Of a stretch of 64,000 nucleotides of DNA, positions 38,212 to 47,418 are shown in pieces. The stretch spans positions 1,312,001 to 1,376,000 of the forward strand of contig JAWLHY010000001.1 of NCBI GenBank assembly GCA_041690135.1. Direction: 5' to 3'. The notes below the pieces were generated by a model. The model made no database searches, was not told the DNA's origin, and saw only the letters and a list, made by a program, of their open reading frames with translations. This stretch comes from Armatimonadota bacterium (GTDB lineage: Bacteria > Armatimonadota > SYMT01). The translations under genes and the position numbers were made by a program. The first letter of the stretch is position 1; each line of letters opens with the position of its first letter.

Positions 38212-41200
38212 CTACTCGAAAACCACCAGCAGGTCACCGGTATCGATGCGGTCGCCCGGCCGCACCAGCACCTCTTTGACGGTGCCGCGCACGGGGCTGT
38301 TGATGTACATCTGGACCTTCATCGCCTCGATCGCGATCAGCAGGTCATCCTTCTCCACTGCCTGGCCCGGCTTGACCGCCACCTCCACCACGGCGCCGGG
38401 CATCGGTGCGCCCACGTGGTGCATGTTGTCGGCCTGAGCTTTCGGATGCCGTTTCACTTCGGCCGCCGCCTTGCGATCCGGAACCTTGACTTCACGCGGA
38501 TGGCCGTTCAGCTCGAAGAAGAGGGTGACCATTCCTTCTGCGTCGACTTCCGTGCGGGTGACGAGCTTGATGAAGAGCGTTTTGCCCTTCTCGATCTCGA
38601 CTTCCGTTTCGTCGCCGGGCTCCATTCCATAGAAGAACACATCGGTGGGAATGTAGCCGACCTCCCCGTACTCCTTCCGGAAGGCGGCGAAGTCCAGGAA
38701 CACCCGCGGGTACATCAGGTAGGACATCACGTCCAACTGGCTCGCGTTCCGCGCGAGCTTCTGGGTCAGCTCGCGGTGGACCTCGTCGAAGTCCACCGGC
38801 GGCAACAGCGCGCCCCAGCGGCCCTCGACCGGCTTCTGGCCCTTGAGCACCACTTCCTGGAGGCGCTGCGGGAAGCCGCCTTCCGGGAAACCGATCTCCC
38901 CCGCGAATAGCCCAACCACCGACTGCGGGAATTGGATTTCTTCGCCCCGTTGCAGCACCTCTTCCGGCGAGAGGTTGTGGGTGAGCATGTACAGGGCGAG
39001 GTCCCCCACGACTTTGCTGGACGGGGTCACCTTCACGATATCGCCGAGCATTTCGTTCACGACGGCGTACATCCGCTTCAACTCCGGAAGCCGGTCGCCC
39101 AGACCCATGGCTTCTGCCTGCGGGCGCAGGTTGGAGTACTGCCCGCCGGGGATCTCGTGGAGGTAGACATCGCCCGAGTTGGACTTGAGATCGCTTTCGA
39201 ACGGCGCGTAGTACTCGCGGACTACCTGCCAGTAGTCCGCGTGACGGAGCAATGCGTCGAAGTCGAGACCGGTGTCCCGCTTCTGCCGCTGGAGTGCCGC
39301 TACCAGGGCCTCCAGGCTGGGCTGGCTGGTGAGGCCGGACATCGAGCTGATCGCCACATCCACCACATCCACGCCTGCCTCCGCGGCGAAGAGCAGCGAG
39401 GCCATCTGGCCGCCGGCGGTATCGTGGGTGTGGAAGTGGACGGGGAGCCCCGTTTCTTCCTTGAGCGCGCGGACCAGCACCTGCGCCGCGTAAGGGCGCA
39501 GGAGGCCCGCCATGTCCTTGATGGCCAGCATGGTGGCGCCGGCCGCCTGCAACTCCCGGGCCAGCCGCAGGTAGTAGTTGAGATCGAACTTTTGCCGTGC
39601 CGGGTCGAACAGGTCGCCAGTGTAGCAGATCGTCGCCTCGGCGATCGCCCCGGCTTCGCGCACCGCCTCGATGGCCGGGATCATGGCCGGGACGTAGTTC
39701 AGCGAGTCGAAGATGCGGAAGAGGTCGATCCCCTCGCGGGCCGCCACGCGTACGAACTCCCGGACTACGTTATCGGGATAGTTGGTGTAGCCGACGGCGT
39801 TGGAGCCGCGCAAGAGCATCTGGAAGAGGATGCCGGGGATCCGCTCGCGGAGCTCGGCGAGCCGCTCCCACGGGCATTCGTAAAGGAAGCGCATCGCCAC
39901 GTCGAAGGTCGCCCCACCCCACATCTCCAGCGAGAACATCTGGGGAAAGTCCCGCTGGATGGCATCGGCCACGCGCAGCATGTCGTGCGTGCGCAGGCGG
40001 GTCGCCAGGAGCGACTGGTGGGCGTCGCGCAGCGTGGTGTCGGTGACCAGCAGGCGCTGCTCATCGCGCACCCAGTCGGCGAACTTGTCCGGTCCCAGCC
40101 GCTTCAACACGTCCCGCGCGCCTTCCACGCGGGGCGCGTTTCCATTCCCATGAGCGCCAAGTGGGACCGGCGCCGCGCGTAGCTTTCGGGGTTTCGCGCC
40201 GGCCGGGACGGTGGGATTCCCATTGACGATGACATCCCCGATGAACCGCAGCAGGCGGCTGGCCCGGTCGCCCCTTTGCGTGAACTGGAACAGTTCCGGC
40301 GTATCCTGGATGAAGGTGGTGGTGCACTGCCCGGCGAGGAAGGCCGGGTGGCGAATGACGTTCTCCAGGAAGGGGATGTTCGTCTTCACGCCGCGGACCC
40401 GGAACTCACTGAGAGCCCGGTGCAGTCGAGCGCAGGTGTCCGGGAAAGTCAGGCTCGATGCGGAAAGCTTCACGAGTAGGGAATCGTAGAACGGCGTGAT
40501 GATCGCGCCGGTAAACGCCGTGCCGCCATCCAGACGGATTCCGAAACCCGCCGCCGAGCGGTAGTGGGTGATCCTGCCGTAGTCCGGAATGAAGTTGTTC
40601 GCCGGATCCTCCGTGGTGATCCGGCATTGGATGGCGAACCCGCGCATCTCCACGGCATCCTGGCTCGGGATGTTGATGGTGGGGTCCGAGAGCGGGCGCC
40701 CTTCGGCGATCCGGATCTGCGCCTTGACGATGTCGACCCCGGTGATCATCTCGGTGACGGTGTGCTCCACCTGGATGCGGGGGTTCATCTCGATAAAGTA
40801 CCAGGCGCCGCTGCCGTCCACGAGGAACTCCACGGTGCCGGCGTTCCGGTAACCGGTGTCTTTCGCCAGCCGGACCGCGGCCTCGCAGAGGGCCTCACGC
40901 AGTTCCGGATCGATTGACGGACTCGGAGCGATCTCGATGACCTTCTGGTGACGCCGCTGGACGGAACAGTCGCGCTCGAAGAGATGGACGGTGTTCCCGA
41001 AGCCGTCCGCCAGCACCTGCACCTCGATGTGCTTGGGGCTGGCCAGGTACTTCTCCAGGAAGATCTCTCCCTTCCCGAACGCCGCCTCCGCCTCGCGGGA
41101 GGCCGCGGTGAAATGTTCGGCCAACTCGCGGGCGTCGTTGGCTACGCGCATTCCGCGTCCGCCCCCGCCGAACGAAGCCTTCAGAATGACGGGATAGCCC

Positions 41201-41667
41201 ACCCCATCGGCCCAAGCGACGGCGGCATCTGGGCTGGGCAGCGGCTGATCGGTACCGGGAACCACCGGAATCCCCAGGGCTTGGGCGCGACGCCGAGCGG
41301 CTGTCTTATCGCCCATTGCCTCCAGCACTTCCGGCGTGGGGCCGATGAACACGATACCGGCCTGCTCGCATGCACGCGCGAAATCCGCGTTCTCCGAGAG
41401 AAAGCCGTAGCCGGGATGGATCGCGTCCGCCTCGTGTTCTTTCGCGATCGCGACGATGGTATCGATGTCGAGGTACGCTTTGAGCGGATCCCGTTTTTCC
41501 GGCAGCGCGTAGGTCTCATCCGCCTTGTAGCGGTGCAGGGCCCCTCGGTCTTCCTTGGAGAAGATGGCGATCGTGCGGATATCCAACTCCGCGCAGGCGC
41601 GGAAGATGCGGATGGCGATTTCGCTGCGGTTGGCGACCAGGATACGTTGGAAAGAGCGTACGGACAT
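38212..41667 (-). CDS. pyc: Pyruvate carboxylase
   Basis: ANRSEIA biotin carboxylase, RDAHQSL and WGGATFD carboxyltransferase, EAMK biotinyl domain. Confidence 0.97.
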   Translation of the reverse strand: MSVRSFQRILVANRSEIAIRIFRACAELDIRTIAIFSKEDRGALHRYKADETYALPEKRDPLKAYLDIDTIVAIAKEHEADAIHPGYGFLSENADFARACEQAGIVFIGPTPEVLEAMGDKTAARRRAQALGIPVVPGTDQPLPSPDAAVAWADGVGYPVILKASFGGGGRGMRVANDARELAEHFTAASREAEAAFGKGEIFLEKYLASPKHIEVQVLADGFGNTVHLFERDCSVQRRHQKVIEIAPSPSIDPELREALCEAAVRLAKDTGYRNAGTVEFLVDGSGAWYFIEMNPRIQVEHTVTEMITGVDIVKAQIRIAEGRPLSDPTINIPSQDAVEMRGFAIQCRITTEDPANNFIPDYGRITHYRSAAGFGIRLDGGTAFTGAIITPFYDSLLVKLSASSLTFPDTCARLHRALSEFRVRGVKTNIPFLENVIRHPAFLAGQCTTTFIQDTPELFQFTQRGDRASRLLRFIGDVIVNGNPTVPAGAKPRKLRAAPVPLGAHGNGNAPRVEGARDVLKRLGPDKFADWVRDEQRLLVTDTTLRDAHQSLLATRLRTHDMLRVADAIQRDFPQMFSLEMWGGATFDVAMRFLYECPWERLAELRERIPGILFQMLLRGSNAVGYTNYPDNVVREFVRVAAREGIDLFRIFDSLNYVPAMIPAIEAVREAGAIAEATICYTGDLFDPARQKFDLNYYLRLARELQAAGATMLAIKDMAGLLRPYAAQVLVRALKEETGLPVHFHTHDTAGGQMASLLFAAEAGVDVVDVAISSMSGLTSQPSLEALVAALQRQKRDTGLDFDALLRHADYWQVVREYYAPFESDLKSNSGDVYLHEIPGGQYSNLRPQAEAMGLGDRLPELKRMYAVVNEMLGDIVKVTPSSKVVGDLALYMLTHNLSPEEVLQRGEEIQFPQSVVGLFAGEIGFPEGGFPQRLQEVVLKGQKPVEGRWGALLPPVDFDEVHRELTQKLARNASQLDVMSYLMYPRVFLDFAAFRKEYGEVGYIPTDVFFYGMEPGDETEVEIEKGKTLFIKLVTRTEVDAEGMVTLFFELNGHPREVKVPDRKAAAEVKRHPKAQADNMHHVGAPMPGAVVEVAVKPGQAVEKDDLLIAIEAMKVQMYINSPVRGTVKEVLVRPGDRIDTGDLLVVFE

Positions 41668-41917
41668 TCTTGAAATTACCGCCCTGTAAGAGGCCAGAGT
41701 GAGGCCGCGGAGTTTGCCCGTGGAATGGCCCGGAAGCCGGCGGAAACCAGGCACGCGCACGCGGCGGAAGGAGCGCTCCCCAGCGAGCGTCACGGGAATC
41801 ACGAAAACAGGCGCCCCGACTCCGGTGGGTCCGGGACGCGCAATTATACCGCGCTTTGGGGATTGCCGTGGATGCTTATACCACGAGCACGTGCTGGGGG
41901 TTAAGCCGGCGCTCGGC

Positions 41918-42703
41918 TTAGCGTTCTACCAATCCGCTCCGGCTATCGGTACTTGCCGGCACCAGGCGACCGGTGTGGCCTCTTTCACGGGAATGGGTGC
42001 CGCGGGCGACCAACAAGCGACCCATGCCGGTAGGTACGATCCCGAGCGAGGCATCGAACTGGAAATGTTCGACCCGGTTCAGTGCCTCATTTGCCTTCAA
42101 CAGGATCTTGGGTTCGCCGTAACAGCCGAACCACCAGTGATCGTCGGCGAAGGTTGCGGTCTGGATTCCCATCAGCGTGTAACCGCCGGGGAGCGAGATC
42201 TCCCGGTCGAGTTTGAACGCCGGGTCGTACAGGTAGACGCGGTTCGCGGTTGAGCCAGGCGAGAGGCCACCCACCACCAGAAATTTGCCTGCATGGTAGG
42301 CGATGCCGCCGGCACCATAGATCAGTTCCGGTACGGGATGCCGGGAAAGCAGAGTGAGATCACGCGCGGAGTAGACGTAGACCCAGGAATCGGCCTTTCC
42401 GCCGGGATCGTTGAACTTGCCCAGGTTCACCGCCACGTAGATCTTGCCGTCGTGGTGGCAGAGATCGCCGTGGTGATTGGCGGCAGGCACTTCGGTGATG
42501 CGTTTACCGGCGCGATCCGTCTTGACCATCCGGGTAGTGAACGACCAGAAGATCGCCTCCTCGTCCAGGCACACTCCCTGTAGATGGTGGGGGTAATAGC
42601 CGGGGCAGGTCACCGCACCCGTCGGGGTGCTGCTTTCCGTCGCCCAACCGGGCTTCATACAGAGTAAGGCCGGAATGGCCAGGGCCAGATCCCGTCGTCG
42701 CAT
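41918..42703 (-). CDS. Exported hypothetical protein, probable beta-propeller
   Basis: MRRRD signal-like start with AGAAGGGAG RBS; HHLQG, HHGD, YGAGGI, GIQT repeats of beta-strand pattern. Confidence 0.65.
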   Translation of the reverse strand: MRRRDLALAIPALLCMKPGWATESSTPTGAVTCPGYYPHHLQGVCLDEEAIFWSFTTRMVKTDRAGKRITEVPAANHHGDLCHHDGKIYVAVNLGKFNDPGGKADSWVYVYSARDLTLLSRHPVPELIYGAGGIAYHAGKFLVVGGLSPGSTANRVYLYDPAFKLDREISLPGGYTLMGIQTATFADDHWWFGCYGEPKILLKANEALNRVEHFQFDASLGIVPTGMGRLLVARGTHSRERGHTGRLVPASTDSRSGLVER

Positions 42704-42908
42704 CGCTTCCTCCCTTCTCGGTGTATCACGCTGTGTGCTCCCTCCGAAGGTAAACCGGCGCAGGCCCGCAGATTGCTGCCTGTTCCGTATCGCGAACCCT
42801 TGGAAAGGAATGCTGTAGGGAACGTCTCGCAGTAGCGTTCCGTCGGACTGAACCTGATCTCGTTTGGCCAACCCGTAGGGATTCCGGCTTTGGGCCGGTT
42901 CGATGCAG

Positions 42909-42958
42909 ATCAACCAAAAAGGGAGCGCCGCAAGCGCGGCGCTCCCTTTTTGGTTGAT
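42909..42958. terminator. Bidirectional intrinsic terminator
   Basis: 23-bp perfect stem including A5/T5 tracts, 4-nt loop. Confidence 0.85.
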
Positions 42959-42974
42959 GATTCCCAGAGGGAGA

Positions 42975-44450
42975 TCACTCGCTCTTGTAGAGGACCTTCT
43001 TTTCCTTGCCGAGGATGTCGTCACGCTTGAGCACGACAACCTTCTCGACGTAGCGGAGCGGGTACTCTTTGCCTTCCATCCGCGCCCCCCGAGATGCGTC
43101 GACCTTGAGCAACTCGGGAGCGGCGGTGAGTCCCTCACCATTCCAGCCATAGCGGTCCTGGATGAAGGCCGCCTGCAGGCGCGGGTTGAAGGTGAAGACC
43201 ACCTCGAACTCGTCCGCCTTGAGCGGATAGATCTCGGACGGCTGCCGGCCCATGTCGGCCGGATCGCGGTCCAGGTCGATCACGTGCTTGAACTTGCCCT
43301 GGCGAATCTGGACGTTCTCCCACTCCAACGTGCACTCGTTCATCTTGAAGTCGAAGCCGCGTGCCTTGCGGGTGAGATAGTCCTTGTCCTGGAACTGCAC
43401 CCAGATGCGGGCGAGGTTGAGCACGTCGATCGAGCCTTCCACCTGGAGCTTCCGCGGGGCTATCCGGGTGATCGTGAACCGGATCTTCGGATCCGTCTGA
43501 TCGAGCGGCACCAGCTTGCCGGCGCTCAGGCGGGACACCTGGTTGGCAGCCACCTGCCGGTCTTTGGACACGTCCGGATGGCCGGGGAATTCCTTCAGCC
43601 ACTCGTCGGCGAGGGTCAGGTTCTTCTGCCAGAGCCTGTGCGCTTCGGCAGCGTCCTTTGCCCGTTCGGCGGAAGCGGCGAGACGTTCGTTCATCCGGCG
43701 CTCGGTGATGTACAGATTGTGGCGTGCGGCCATCGTATTCGGCCCCGCCGCCTGACCCGGCTTCAGACCCAGGTCTTCCGTGTCTTTCGCCAGCTTGAGG
43801 TTCGTCCGCCACTGCTCCAGCGCCGCATCGATGTCACCCATCTTCTCGACGGCGTGGGCCAGCTGGTGGCGCACGTAGGCCGGGGCGAACTTGTGGCCCG
43901 GTAGCGACGTTCCGCGGGTAGAAGACTCGCGATACGCGTTGACGGCCTGGCGATAGTCCTTGGTTTTGTCGTAGTGCATGTAACCGAGCTCGAAGTACAG
44001 GTCGTACACCGAGTCGTTATTACGACACCCCTCCTCCAGGAACTGGATCCCATCTTCGATGAGACGCTTGTCCATGAAGTTGTAGGCCATGTGCCAGGCG
44101 CCGGTGGCGTACACGTCCAACTGGTGCGGGTCGATGGCCGTGATCTGCCGGACCATTTTCAGGATGGGCCGGTATTCGCCGCGGTGGAAATAGTCGTCCG
44201 CCCGGACCCACATAAGGGAGGCGAGCACTTCGCGCACACCGAGAAGGGTGGGAATGAGGGCCTGGAAGCTCGTTTTGGCCAGAACGGACTTCTCGGCTTC
44301 CTTCTCCCGTACGCCGGCGTCCGCCTCGGGCCGAGCGGCCCGGAGATACTCCTGGTGCCCGGGGCGAAGCACCTCGCTGAGGGCCGCGCTGCCGATGAAG
44401 CAGACCGCCAGGAAGATGAAGAGCAAGCGCCGTTGCGCGTTCGTAAGCAT
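42975..44450 (-). CDS. Membrane-anchored TPR-like protein (PilG/XapA-like N-terminal half)
   Basis: N-terminal TM; LMWVRADDYF..I..IDP..Y..GAW..AYN..FLEEG..N..LYFELG TPR-like helices. Confidence 0.65.
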   Translation of the reverse strand: MLTNAQRRLLFIFLAVCFIGSAALSEVLRPGHQEYLRAARPEADAGVREKEAEKSVLAKTSFQALIPTLLGVREVLASLMWVRADDYFHRGEYRPILKMVRQITAIDPHQLDVYATGAWHMAYNFMDKRLIEDGIQFLEEGCRNNDSVYDLYFELGYMHYDKTKDYRQAVNAYRESSTRGTSLPGHKFAPAYVRHQLAHAVEKMGDIDAALEQWRTNLKLAKDTEDLGLKPGQAAGPNTMAARHNLYITERRMNERLAASAERAKDAAEAHRLWQKNLTLADEWLKEFPGHPDVSKDRQVAANQVSRLSAGKLVPLDQTDPKIRFTITRIAPRKLQVEGSIDVLNLARIWVQFQDKDYLTRKARGFDFKMNECTLEWENVQIRQGKFKHVIDLDRDPADMGRQPSEIYPLKADEFEVVFTFNPRLQAAFIQDRYGWNGEGLTAAPELLKVDASRGARMEGKEYPLRYVEKVVVLKRDDILGKEKKVLYKSE

Positions 44451-44451
44451 C

Positions 44452-45273
44452 TTACACTTCTCTCCGATCGAAGACCGCCGCCCCGGCCAGCACGATCACG
44501 AGAGCGTAGGCCACCGCGTAGAGGGAAACTCCCGCGGCATACGCCCAGTGATTGACCTGGAAACCGGCAAAGGGGTGGACGATGCTGCCCATGATGTTGA
44601 AGTCGTGGAAGTGCGGCAGCGCGTAATAGAGCGGCCGGGTCAGGATTCCTTCCGACAGCCCCAGGAACGACTGGAAGCTTCCCACGATCCAGATCAGCGC
44701 CGTCACGGCAAAGTTCACCGTGGGGGCGAGGAAGAGCGACAGCGTAGTGGCGATGGCCGTGATGATGAAGAGCTGGAAATAGAGCACAATGATCGCCCGG
44801 AGCACCAGCAAGAACTCGTGCTGACAACGGGCTAACCATTCATTCATCTTGAACGCCGCCGCCGTGGTCTCGATAGCGCTCGTCTGGGGCTTGGCCGCCA
44901 GTACGAACAGGACCAGGATCAGCGCCACGCTCATCAGTCCGACCATAAAGGCCACGGTCATCGCTCCGCCCAGGAACTTACCCAGGAAGAACTCCCACCG
45001 CTGCACGGGCTTGGCGAGGACCGAATAGATCGTCCGCCGTTCCATCTCCGTGGGGATCAGGTAGACTGCGGTGGTAATGGAGATCAGTGCCCCGAAGATC
45101 AGGATGATCGTGAGCTGCGTGGACTTGAAGATCGTGCTCTGCTCGCGCGCGGTGAAGTAGTTCAACAGCAGCGCGAGGGTCAGCATGACGAACGCCAGCA
45201 GCAGGAAGATCAGCAGGACCCGCTTGCGGAGACTGTCGCCAAAGGTGTTGCGTGCAATCACCCAGGTATTCAT
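44452..45273 (-). CDS. ABC-2 type permease (PilI-like)
   Basis: IARNTF, E.ERRTIY.VLAKPV.RWEF.LGKFLG, F.RRE C-terminus. Confidence 0.88.
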   Translation of the reverse strand: MNTWVIARNTFGDSLRKRVLLIFLLLAFVMLTLALLLNYFTAREQSTIFKSTQLTIILIFGALISITTAVYLIPTEMERRTIYSVLAKPVQRWEFFLGKFLGGAMTVAFMVGLMSVALILVLFVLAAKPQTSAIETTAAAFKMNEWLARCQHEFLLVLRAIIVLYFQLFIITAIATTLSLFLAPTVNFAVTALIWIVGSFQSFLGLSEGILTRPLYYALPHFHDFNIMGSIVHPFAGFQVNHWAYAAGVSLYAVAYALVIVLAGAAVFDRREV

Positions 45274-46229
45274 TAGTCCCTCGTCAGGGTGTTCATCGTG
45301 CCGATGCGGCGATGCGGACCGGCGAGGCCGACGGTTTCAACAAAGATCTCTTCCAGCGACCGCTTCAGCGGCACCACGGAGATAACGCGGCCGCGGGCTC
45401 CCCGGATCACGTCGAGGATGTCGTTGACCAGATTCTCGTCGCTGCAGGTGACGACGATCTTCTCGTTGTCGCTCTTCACGGCGCCCGTCAGTTCGGTGAG
45501 CCTGCCGGTCACCTCGGCCGGTACGCCGGTGGCCGTGATCTCCGTGCGCCCCTCCGCCACCAGTTCATCCACGCGGCCGGCCTTCACCAGCTTGCCGTAG
45601 TTGAGGATGCAGATGCGGTCGCAAACCAGTTCCACATCGGAAAGCTGGTGGCTGCTGAGGAAGACCGTCTTCCCCTGGTCGCGCAGCGATTCGATGAGGT
45701 TGCGGATCTCGATGTGCGCCACGGGATCGAGACCGGAAGTCGGCTCGTCGAAGATCAGCAGCTTGGGATCGTTGATCAGCGCCTGGGCGATCCCGACGCG
45801 CTGCATCATGCCCTTGGAATACTGCTTGAGCTGTTTCGCCTTGTCGTTCCGCAGCCCAACCAGGTCCAGCAGCGAATCCACCCGCTTCGCCCGGTCTTTC
45901 GCCGGGATGCCGAACAGGCGGCCGTAGAAGTCCAGCAGTTCCCCGCCCGTCAGGTGGTCGTAGAAGTAGGGGTTCTCCGGCAGATAGCTGACCAGGCGCC
46001 GCATCTCCTGCGCGCCGGCCGGGTACCCCAGCACCTCGGCCTTCCCGCCATCGGGGAAGATCAAGCCGAGCAGCATCTTGATCGTGGTCGTCTTCCCGGC
46101 CCCGTTGGGCCCGAGGAACCCGAAGATCTCGCCGGTTTCCACCTCGAGGTCCAGGTGATCCACGGCCACTACTTCACCGCGCTGGAAAAATCGCTTGGTG
46201 AGTCCTTCAGCGCGTATTGCTACGGCCAT
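45273..46229 (-). CDS. ABC transporter ATP-binding protein (PilH-like)
   Basis: GPNGAGKTT, YSKGMMQR, DEPTSGLDP, SSH. Confidence 0.95.
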   Translation of the reverse strand: MAVAIRAEGLTKRFFQRGEVVAVDHLDLEVETGEIFGFLGPNGAGKTTTIKMLLGLIFPDGGKAEVLGYPAGAQEMRRLVSYLPENPYFYDHLTGGELLDFYGRLFGIPAKDRAKRVDSLLDLVGLRNDKAKQLKQYSKGMMQRVGIAQALINDPKLLIFDEPTSGLDPVAHIEIRNLIESLRDQGKTVFLSSHQLSDVELVCDRICILNYGKLVKAGRVDELVAEGRTEITATGVPAEVTGRLTELTGAVKSDNEKIVVTCSDENLVNDILDVIRGARGRVISVVPLKRSLEEIFVETVGLAGPHRRIGTMNTLTRD

Positions 46230-46505
46230 GTGGGTAGCGTCCTCCGTATGAATGCGTTGCGACAGCAGCTTGCGGCCTTACAGAGCTGTGTGTAGGAGTG
46301 GGCCTGTGGGCCGGTCGTCAGGATGAGGTTGAAACAAGTGCTCCAGGCAGGCTGCCCTGAACACACCATCACATACGCCCGCCCATTTCCGGGGAGTTCC
46401 GAAGTTTTGCGCTCTCCTTGCGAACGGTGTCGCCCCTGACAGCCTGCTTTGGAGGGTGCTTTGTAGTGGTGATTTTCAAGGAATGAAAAAATTTTCGAAA
46501 TCTAC

Positions 46506-46534
46506 TTGCGCACCATAAGTCCGACTGCTACAAT
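46506..46534 (+). promoter_or_regulatory. Strong sigma70-type promoter with A/T-rich UP-like element
   Basis: TTGCGC-17 nt-TACAAT with TG extension; gaatgaaaaaattttcgaaa upstream. Confidence 0.75.
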
Positions 46535-46540
46535 ATGCCT

Positions 46541-46610
46541 GCGTGAAACCTCATTTTCACCTCCTTTCGTAGCGACTGACCTGCCGGGTTAAACCGGCAG
46601 GTTTTTTTTT
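46541..46610 (+). ncRNA. Candidate ~70-nt sRNA or attenuator leader containing anti-SD CACCUCCUUUC
   Basis: Bounded by the promoter and a terminator (acctgccgg/ccggcaggt plus T9). Confidence 0.55.
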
Positions 46611-46632
46611 CGCCGGGACCCTATCTATAGAG

Positions 46633-47397
46633 GTGAAACCCAGGATCGGAATAACCAGTGGCGTGCGCCCGGGATGGGCGCCCAAAGGCGAAACCTGGCG
46701 TCCCTACGCCGAGGCGATCGCGCTCGCCGGGGGCGAACCGGTGCATCTCGGCCCGGATCTCCTCGGACGGGAACGCGCGGTACTGTTAGAACTTGAGGGT
46801 GTGCTGTTTTCGGGCGGCAACGACGTGGACCTCGACCTTTATCCCAACCCTCCTGAACTGGGGATGGGGCGGGAAGAAGCGATCCGCCGATTCCGCCTCG
46901 TGCCCGAGCCCGACCGCGACCGTTACGAGCTGGCGCTGCTCCAGGAAGTGCTGGCCCGGGATCTCCCGATCCTGGGAATCTGCCGGGGCTGCCAGGTGAT
47001 GAACATCGGCTTGGGCGGCCGCTTGATTCTCGATATTCCCACCCAGGTGTCTACGCAGATCCGTCACCCCGCCCACGCCGAAGGAGAGGCGCACAGCTCG
47101 TCTCACGATCTCCATATTCAGGACGCAACGGCGCTGGCCGCAGTCCTGAGCCCCCAGGTGTACACGGTCTGCAACAGCCGCCACCACCAGGCGGTGGATC
47201 CCGTGGACTCGCTGCCGAAATGCGTGCGGATTTCCGCTTACTCGCCGGTCGACGGCCTGGTGGAAGCGATCGAGATCACCGGGCGCCGCTGGGCCATCGG
47301 GGTGCAGTGGCATCCCGAACACCCGCGCGACCACGAAGTCCGCACCCGGTACGCTCCTCTTTTCCGCGCCTTTGTCGAGGCCTGCATGGCCTCTTGA
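46633..47397 (+). CDS. Peptidase C26 / gamma-glutamyl-GABA hydrolase family (class I GATase)
   Basis: SGGNDV, PILGICRG.Q, NSRHHQAV, GVQWHPE. Confidence 0.92.
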   Translation: MKPRIGITSGVRPGWAPKGETWRPYAEAIALAGGEPVHLGPDLLGRERAVLLELEGVLFSGGNDVDLDLYPNPPELGMGREEAIRRFRLVPEPDRDRYELALLQEVLARDLPILGICRGCQVMNIGLGGRLILDIPTQVSTQIRHPAHAEGEAHSSSHDLHIQDATALAAVLSPQVYTVCNSRHHQAVDPVDSLPKCVRISAYSPVDGLVEAIEITGRRWAIGVQWHPEHPRDHEVRTRYAPLFRAFVEACMAS

Positions 47398-47418
47398 ACG
47401 TAGGAGTTCCCACGCACT

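Noticed and set aside
41668-41850. Riboswitch in the ~170-nt pyc leader
   Set aside because: GC-rich pairing potential only; no known aptamer motif or terminator recognised.
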